From a virus (lineage: Duplodnaviria; Caudoviricetes), in IMG/VR virus record IMGVR_UViG_3300014697_000001, positions 128,001-192,000 of that record: a DNA stretch of 64,000 bases; one strand, 5' to 3'. Below, piece by piece: positions 58,276 to 64,000 of this stretch. The notes below the pieces were generated by a model. It was not told the origin of the DNA. It did not search any database and saw only the letters and a list, made by a program, of their open reading frames with translations. The translations under genes and the position numbers were made by a program. The number at the start of each line of letters is the position of its first letter. The stretch's first letter is position 1.

Positions 58276-59241
58276 ATGCTCACCAGCCCTTGGAACACCA
58301 CCGTTTTGCGTAAGTATAAGCTCTCCACACTGCTCAGTGAATTGGCCATGGCTAAGGCCACGGGCGGACTGATTCGTGATAGTGAGTCGGTGGTATTCGT
58401 CACACCGTTGGCGGAAAAAGTACCTGTGTTCGTCATGCCAGTTACCTCGGTCGAGTATGCTGAACGCAAGCTCGATGATAACGGTAGCGTGTTCATGGAT
58501 GCCCGTTCGTTCATGCGTCGCGAACAACGCTCTGACACAGGGTTTGTGGTTGCCAACCAAATGCAGGCAGATTTCTTTTCGCGTATGGGTGACCTGACCG
58601 CCCTGTGGATCAAAGACCCATCCCTGCGCGAAGACTTCATGCGCACCAGCGATCTTCCGGCCCAAGTCTATATCAGTTGGCTCAGTCAATCGATTGCCAA
58701 CAAGCTGGGTCTGGACCTGGATGTGGCCCGTGAAGTACAGATCATTACCGGTGCTTACTATGCCCAGCGTTTCTTCTCGCCTGAAGAGATGCTCTCTGAG
58801 CGCGGCCGTGAGAAGCTGGTCAAGCTGCTCCAGCGTTGGACTCGTGCCCCTATCCAACTGATCACCTCGATCGTGGATGACCTGCCGTACATGAGCCTGC
58901 TGGATGAGTATGTGGCAGCCCTGCACACCCACTTTGCCCAGAACACTCGGATCAGCCAGATCAATGTCGGCTTCCTGATCATGACTTTGGGGCGTTCGTG
59001 GTTCGGGTACGGTGCGCAAGAGATTGCTGCTGTCGCACTGGAATACCCACCCGTTTACCTTGCACTGGTGGAAGCGGCGTGCAATGCCAAGGTCTGGCGT
59101 AAGACCCACCTCGGTAAACTGGTTGAGCGTTTTGCCGTGGGGCGTACAGGCGATGAGTTCAGCCGCTCCATGGAAGTGCTGGCCGGTAAGGTCAGGGCAC
59201 CGGGTTCACCCAATCGTCGCGCCAGCCTGGAAGCGTTCTAA
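58276..59241 (+). CDS. virion structural protein (phiKZ gp28-like)
   Basis: Divergent from the sheath gene; VALEYPP motif; conserved order. Confidence 0.6.
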   Translation: MLTSPWNTTVLRKYKLSTLLSELAMAKATGGLIRDSESVVFVTPLAEKVPVFVMPVTSVEYAERKLDDNGSVFMDARSFMRREQRSDTGFVVANQMQADFFSRMGDLTALWIKDPSLREDFMRTSDLPAQVYISWLSQSIANKLGLDLDVAREVQIITGAYYAQRFFSPEEMLSERGREKLVKLLQRWTRAPIQLITSIVDDLPYMSLLDEYVAALHTHFAQNTRISQINVGFLIMTLGRSWFGYGAQEIAAVALEYPPVYLALVEAACNAKVWRKTHLGKLVERFAVGRTGDEFSRSMEVLAGKVRAPGSPNRRASLEAF

Positions 59242-59374
59242 GGCACTGCTGTCAGCGATGACAAGGGCAAGCTTTACCAAACAACCCCCACTAGCGACAA
59301 GCCCATGAACACCACTTTCGGCCAGTACTTGAAAGACGTCATGGCTGGCAAGCGCTAATTCGATAGGTGTCCAC

Positions 59375-61942
59375 ATGACCTCCGATGACTTTCTCATCAA
59401 TCACGCCTACCAGCATGTCTGGTGTGCGCCGGAGCAGGACCGGCAACATATCCTGAGACCCTCAAGGATCAGTCCAAGAGTCGGTGCACGGGGCAGTATT
59501 CAAGTACTCTGGAACACCGTTAACCTGCCGACACAAGGCCCACGCTACCATGTGTTTCAGTTTGGCAACATCGCCCAGGGAACCTTGGGTCTGAAGTTCA
59601 AGCGCAACGTCTGGACGGCGGTCAGTAATCAAATGGTTACTGACAACATGGTGATCGAGGTCTATACCGAGCGGGGTCTTATGGTCCCGCGGTCGCAGAT
59701 GTACTTTCTCGGGACCGAGGATGGCAACATCGTGGTCGCTGTGCTGGCGCTGCCGGAGATTGGCGACTTCGGGACCGAGGATCTGTACTTCCGGTTTTAC
59801 AGCAATGCTTTCTTCGATCGGGCTGATGCACACGACCCCTATGAAGGCATTGAATACCTGTACAACGTGCCCCTAACTGCCAGCCAGATTAACAGCCTAA
59901 CCTTCCAGCTTCGCAGGATGCAGGAACGCTCAGGGCATGTTTTCATCTACGTCAATGGTTGGTTTACCAATGATGTCACCACCGCCACTGTGGGTAAAGG
60001 CGACCACGTCGAACTGGTACGCGACAGTTCGGTGGAACGGGTGGTGGAGTTTGCAGTTGCTGATCTGCCGGTATTTCTGTCAGAGCTAGACCAGAAGCAA
60101 AAGTACCTGCTACACCCGCCGCGAGCTGGTGACGATCTAATCCGTTACCGTGATGATCAGGATCTGTTCCTGGTGCACAAGCGAACCGCACACATTCAAA
60201 AGGGTGTGTACTACCACAAGAACCTGGAAGACTCCATCCGGATGGTCACCCATCAGGATTACTCGATCCCATCGATCTATGTGGACAGGATGTGTTCGTT
60301 GAACCCGAACTGGGCGCGCAGTAATCAGCTGACCGCTGTGATGGTCCAGCGTCGGTCGGGAATGGACAAGAACCTGGTAGACGAAGCCCACCACATCAAA
60401 GAGCTGTACAAGTTTGATGAGGATGGATTCCATTCAGCTATCATGGGATCGGAAGCTGTCGTGGACGTCTGGCGGGTAGAAGCCCTTGAGAAATCCATGT
60501 ACACAGCCCTGATGCGTGCTCCAGCGGGTAAGATCACCCGTCAGATGGTAGAACAGGCGTACGGTTACAATGCCATCACGCGCATTGTGGCAGACACCCC
60601 ACAGACCGTCACCACCCCGAAGGGTTGGGTGGAGTTGCCGTTTGGACTGCGGGGCGAGAGTACAGTCTACGAGTACGACGGCCAAGGTGTGTTGCTTGGG
60701 TGGTATGTTAACCAGAACACGCAGTGGTACGTTCCAAGGTCTGAAACCTGTCGCTATATCGAGGCAATCGTAGGCAAGGGGGGTTCGATCCAATCAACAG
60801 TCTACGGGAAAAACCACAAGCCGGCCAAAGGTCTGACCTTTCGTTGCTACGTGTGTCCGATAGAGTCAGCCCTCCCCACTGGGGAATGGCGCGATGTGAC
60901 CGACGACCCGGCGTTCTACGATTTTCTCGACGATACCGTTCTGTGGAAGGTCGACCCGGCGTTCTATTACACCGCGGTCAAGATGGACGACACCTTCCTG
61001 ACGTACAACCTGGTGCTCGACTACCCGGATGGCCTGCTGCGTTTCAGTCTGAACGTACAGGAACTGCGGATCAATGGCCTGTTGTACAAAGGTCTGGTTG
61101 AGATTCCCTCTGGTTTGCTCGAGTTATGGCTGAATGGTCATCCGTTGATTGAAGGGTTGGACTGGCTGATGAATGGTCAGGAGATCTGCATCATCAACAA
61201 GGAGTGGCGTAACCAGGTCGGCACATCGAACACCATCACAGTTCGCGCGACTGGGTTCTGCACCAAGGACATGGAGAGAATCCGTGCTTCTGAGTACGGG
61301 ATTGTTGAAAACGGTCTGCTGAGTCGTAACAACCGCTGGAACCTGCGGGACGATAAGGTCATTCGGGTGATTGCGGACGGGCGAATCTGGTCCCGTGATG
61401 AACTCAGCTGGGCGGAAGACAGGCCCGATGTGATTCTGACTAACGTACGGAACGGTGCACCCTACCAGGTCACCGAGCCTCTGATTCCATTGCGTGGTTT
61501 GACGCATGAAGAATCGTACCGGTTAAGGGATCGAGCGGAAACCACCGACCTGCAGATTGAAAACTACATGACCGTGGTCGTCGGTGACGTGCCGGCACAG
61601 GAAGTCAATTTGATTCCACGTCGGCACCGTATCTACAGTCCGTTCGTCGCCAAGTTGATGCACGATCTCATGGATGGGTTCTTTGATCAGATCGAATTGA
61701 CAGGCCACTACAGTGATGTCGAGGTACGCAAGTGGTGCGAGCCTTACGTCTGGTTGCTGCCGTATGAGCCATCTGTTCGAGGCTTCGATCAACGGTACAT
61801 CGCCATCGAGGCACATGAGCGGGAAGCCAAGGTTGAGCTGAACGTCTACCATTACAACTTCTTGGCGCGCGCTATTCGGGTGATGCTCAACGACAAGGTC
61901 GACATCACACACTCGATCACCATCGATCACCCACCTGTTTAA
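59375..61942 (+). CDS. baseplate/virion structural protein (phiKZ gp27-like)
   Basis: 855 aa beginning DFLINHAYQHVWCAPEQDRQ; conserved order. Confidence 0.65.
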   Translation: MTSDDFLINHAYQHVWCAPEQDRQHILRPSRISPRVGARGSIQVLWNTVNLPTQGPRYHVFQFGNIAQGTLGLKFKRNVWTAVSNQMVTDNMVIEVYTERGLMVPRSQMYFLGTEDGNIVVAVLALPEIGDFGTEDLYFRFYSNAFFDRADAHDPYEGIEYLYNVPLTASQINSLTFQLRRMQERSGHVFIYVNGWFTNDVTTATVGKGDHVELVRDSSVERVVEFAVADLPVFLSELDQKQKYLLHPPRAGDDLIRYRDDQDLFLVHKRTAHIQKGVYYHKNLEDSIRMVTHQDYSIPSIYVDRMCSLNPNWARSNQLTAVMVQRRSGMDKNLVDEAHHIKELYKFDEDGFHSAIMGSEAVVDVWRVEALEKSMYTALMRAPAGKITRQMVEQAYGYNAITRIVADTPQTVTTPKGWVELPFGLRGESTVYEYDGQGVLLGWYVNQNTQWYVPRSETCRYIEAIVGKGGSIQSTVYGKNHKPAKGLTFRCYVCPIESALPTGEWRDVTDDPAFYDFLDDTVLWKVDPAFYYTAVKMDDTFLTYNLVLDYPDGLLRFSLNVQELRINGLLYKGLVEIPSGLLELWLNGHPLIEGLDWLMNGQEICIINKEWRNQVGTSNTITVRATGFCTKDMERIRASEYGIVENGLLSRNNRWNLRDDKVIRVIADGRIWSRDELSWAEDRPDVILTNVRNGAPYQVTEPLIPLRGLTHEESYRLRDRAETTDLQIENYMTVVVGDVPAQEVNLIPRRHRIYSPFVAKLMHDLMDGFFDQIELTGHYSDVEVRKWCEPYVWLLPYEPSVRGFDQRYIAIEAHEREAKVELNVYHYNFLARAIRVMLNDKVDITHSITIDHPPV

Positions 61943-61984
61943 CTTCCATGGAGCACGGGGTCAATAGGCCCCGTGAAATAAACG

Positions 61985-63661
61985 ATGAGCACAATTTCTG
62001 ACATTCCTCAGGTCGGTATTGTTGACCTTGACCGTGAGTGGAGGATCTGGAACATCACCCAGATCTTCACTGGTCTGCCGGGCACTGGTCTACACTGTCC
62101 GAACGTCGATGACCTGATCCTGGACATGACGTCGGGTTACTACCGCGTCACCACCATCGACATAACCACCGGTCGTAGCACCTACATCCCGTGGGAGTTG
62201 CCCCCGGTCACCCAGAACAACGTGGTCATCGATCAGTTGCTTGGTGTGGGTACTGGTCAACAAAGTGAGACATGGCGGGTCTACATTGACACACGTCAGA
62301 TGCCCTTCTCGCTTCAAGTGGATGGTCGCCTGCACCTGTATCGGTCTGATGCGGACCATTACAAGGTCTTCCTGGGTACCGACCTCACCGACAACGGTGT
62401 AGTCGTCAGCGCCAATTACAATGCCTCCGGTGAATTCCTTGGAGAGAACATTCCACTGGAGCATGTCGGGACTGACAATATCAATAACTGGGCGATCTGG
62501 GCGCCAGCTGCCGGTAACACCAACCGCCGTCTCAATGACGGGGAAGTGGTGACCGTGGTGATGTATAATGCCACGGGACACAAGCTTAGCCATTCGTCGA
62601 TGCTGGTGCAGAACACCAGCCTGGTGCGTCGCTCTGCTGCTGGCATGAAACGCATCCGTTCCATCGGCCTCAAGAGCCCGTATCTGTCCGATGCAGACCC
62701 AACCCAACTCGTGGTACCGATTAACGTCGATCTGCGCACTGTGGGCGTTACAGGGGTTGTACGGTACAACTCCGGTGAAGAGATGGAAGTCCCCATCACG
62801 CTGGACGGCTCCGGTAAGATGAGTCTGCACGGTCTGCGGTGGTTCACTCCGACGATTCAGTCTCACCCGCACAAAATGACCCTGAGCTACCGGATGAGTG
62901 AAGATGAATACTCGTTGGAACACGGGATCACCGAGAACGGTTATATCACTGAAGCCTTTACCATCAAGGCGATTGCGGCAGACAATGCTTACAGCCTTCG
63001 TCTGTACGTCTTCCCGACGTGGAATGGTGCAGCAGGTCGGTATGACTTGGACTTCTGGTTGTTTAACATCGACCGGGACGTTTACTACCGCGTGCCGCGT
63101 AGCGTAATCGAGATCCCCGACAATGAAGTGGCCTTCGATGGCCAGGACTTTGTCTCCCGTCAACGGCTTAAGTTTGGTCTGAAGCTGTCCAACGTCGATC
63201 CGATCTTCACCGCTCACCGTTTTGTACAAGCGGCTGAGATCTCGCTGACCAAGGCGGGTGATCAGTCAGGTGACCGTTGGCAGATCAAATGTGATCCGTC
63301 GCAGGAGAAGTTCTACGGTCAAGGTATCGTGGCCAAGAACCGCTTCGTCAACACCAACCTGTCGTACCTGGATCTGAAGTCCGGTGCTACCAGCCTGGAT
63401 GCGTGGCTGGACAAAGTGTACCGGCCTTTGAACCATTTATATGACAGCACAAGTGAAGTCGCTGCTCCAGAGCCGACACACTTTGTGATCCATACCAAGA
63501 CACGCGAGTACACCTTCTATCGTGATCAGTGGAGCCAGGAGTTCCCGATTCTCAATGATGTTAAAGTTGGCGAGACCATTTACCTGCGGTGGGTGCGCGA
63601 AACTGCGCAAGGTCCATTGCAGCTTGGGGTCACGGGCATGAGTGTGCAGCAAAGCAACTGA
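61985..63661 (+). CDS. baseplate/virion structural protein (phiKZ gp26-like)
   Basis: 558 aa, beta-rich, precedes the terminase. Confidence 0.6.
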   Translation: MSTISDIPQVGIVDLDREWRIWNITQIFTGLPGTGLHCPNVDDLILDMTSGYYRVTTIDITTGRSTYIPWELPPVTQNNVVIDQLLGVGTGQQSETWRVYIDTRQMPFSLQVDGRLHLYRSDADHYKVFLGTDLTDNGVVVSANYNASGEFLGENIPLEHVGTDNINNWAIWAPAAGNTNRRLNDGEVVTVVMYNATGHKLSHSSMLVQNTSLVRRSAAGMKRIRSIGLKSPYLSDADPTQLVVPINVDLRTVGVTGVVRYNSGEEMEVPITLDGSGKMSLHGLRWFTPTIQSHPHKMTLSYRMSEDEYSLEHGITENGYITEAFTIKAIAADNAYSLRLYVFPTWNGAAGRYDLDFWLFNIDRDVYYRVPRSVIEIPDNEVAFDGQDFVSRQRLKFGLKLSNVDPIFTAHRFVQAAEISLTKAGDQSGDRWQIKCDPSQEKFYGQGIVAKNRFVNTNLSYLDLKSGATSLDAWLDKVYRPLNHLYDSTSEVAAPEPTHFVIHTKTREYTFYRDQWSQEFPILNDVKVGETIYLRWVRETAQGPLQLGVTGMSVQQSN

Positions 63662-63733
63662 GTTAGGGTGCCTGGGTCTGTCGGGGGTAATTCCCCGATA
63701 GGCCTGGGTATGCCTTGGGATTGAGGTCCATCA

Positions 63734-64000
63734 ATGGAAACTATTCTTTTTGCTAACGACTGGCAGGAGAAGTACCCCACCGCAATTTGGGATACCAAGA
63801 CGACCAATACCTCCTTTTTGGGTTTCTCGGCCCTGCTGAAACACATGGGGGTTAAGAACCACTTGTTCATGCTGGCATTGCTTCAGCCTGATCTTCAAGG
63901 GGTCGATCCCTTTGATCCGTTACTCTCCGAGGAGATGAAACTCAAGATCAAGATCGAGTGTACGTTCAACCCTTGGTACTTCATTCGTGAAGTCATGCGG
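63734..64000 (+). CDS. terL: terminase large subunit, N-terminal part (runs off the window)
   Basis: Read by hand: METILFANDW...TTNTSFL...MGVKNHLFMLAL..PDLQGVDPFDP.LS.E.K.KI.IEC.FNPWYFIREV, the phiKZ gp25-type N-terminus; GAGG RBS. Confidence 0.8.
   Translation, partial: METILFANDWQEKYPTAIWDTKTTNTSFLGFSALLKHMGVKNHLFMLALLQPDLQGVDPFDPLLSEEMKLKIKIECTFNPWYFIREVMR

Noticed and set aside
59242-59374. Possible ncRNA or tRNA in intergenic gaps (also 1961-2158, 51836-51980)
   Set aside because: No cloverleaf or recognisable RNA family by eye; a covariance-model search would be needed.

Overview
This window is part of a phiKZ-related (Chimalliviridae-like) jumbo myophage genome, not a bacterial chromosome. 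It carries the split virion RNA polymerase subunits (beta-N, beta-C, beta'-N with the DFDGD motif, probable beta'-C), the prohead protease and S/A/G-x-E-cleaved head proteins. Tail genes include a ~2100-aa tape-measure/lytic-transglycosylase protein, tail tube, sheath, baseplate proteins, a PAAR tip with central spike, and two repeat-containing tail fibres. It also holds SbcC, RNase H, a RecA/UvsX-like recombinase, a candidate spanin pair, an island of small probably early genes, and the start of the terminase large subunit. The most striking element is at 1-7258, directly downstream of and co-oriented with the tail-fibre genes. It is a RiPP-like peptide/protein-modification cluster with four radical SAM enzymes (three with SPASM-type Cys clusters, one cut by the window edge), a JmjC/cupin Fe(II)/2OG-type oxygenase, two unknown accessory proteins and a 234-aa protein. 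That protein's C-terminal 69 residues are 14 Cys-His-x-Ser/Asn repeats, the obvious candidate substrate. Homologue numbers (phiKZ gpNN) come from recalled motifs and gene order, not from a database search.
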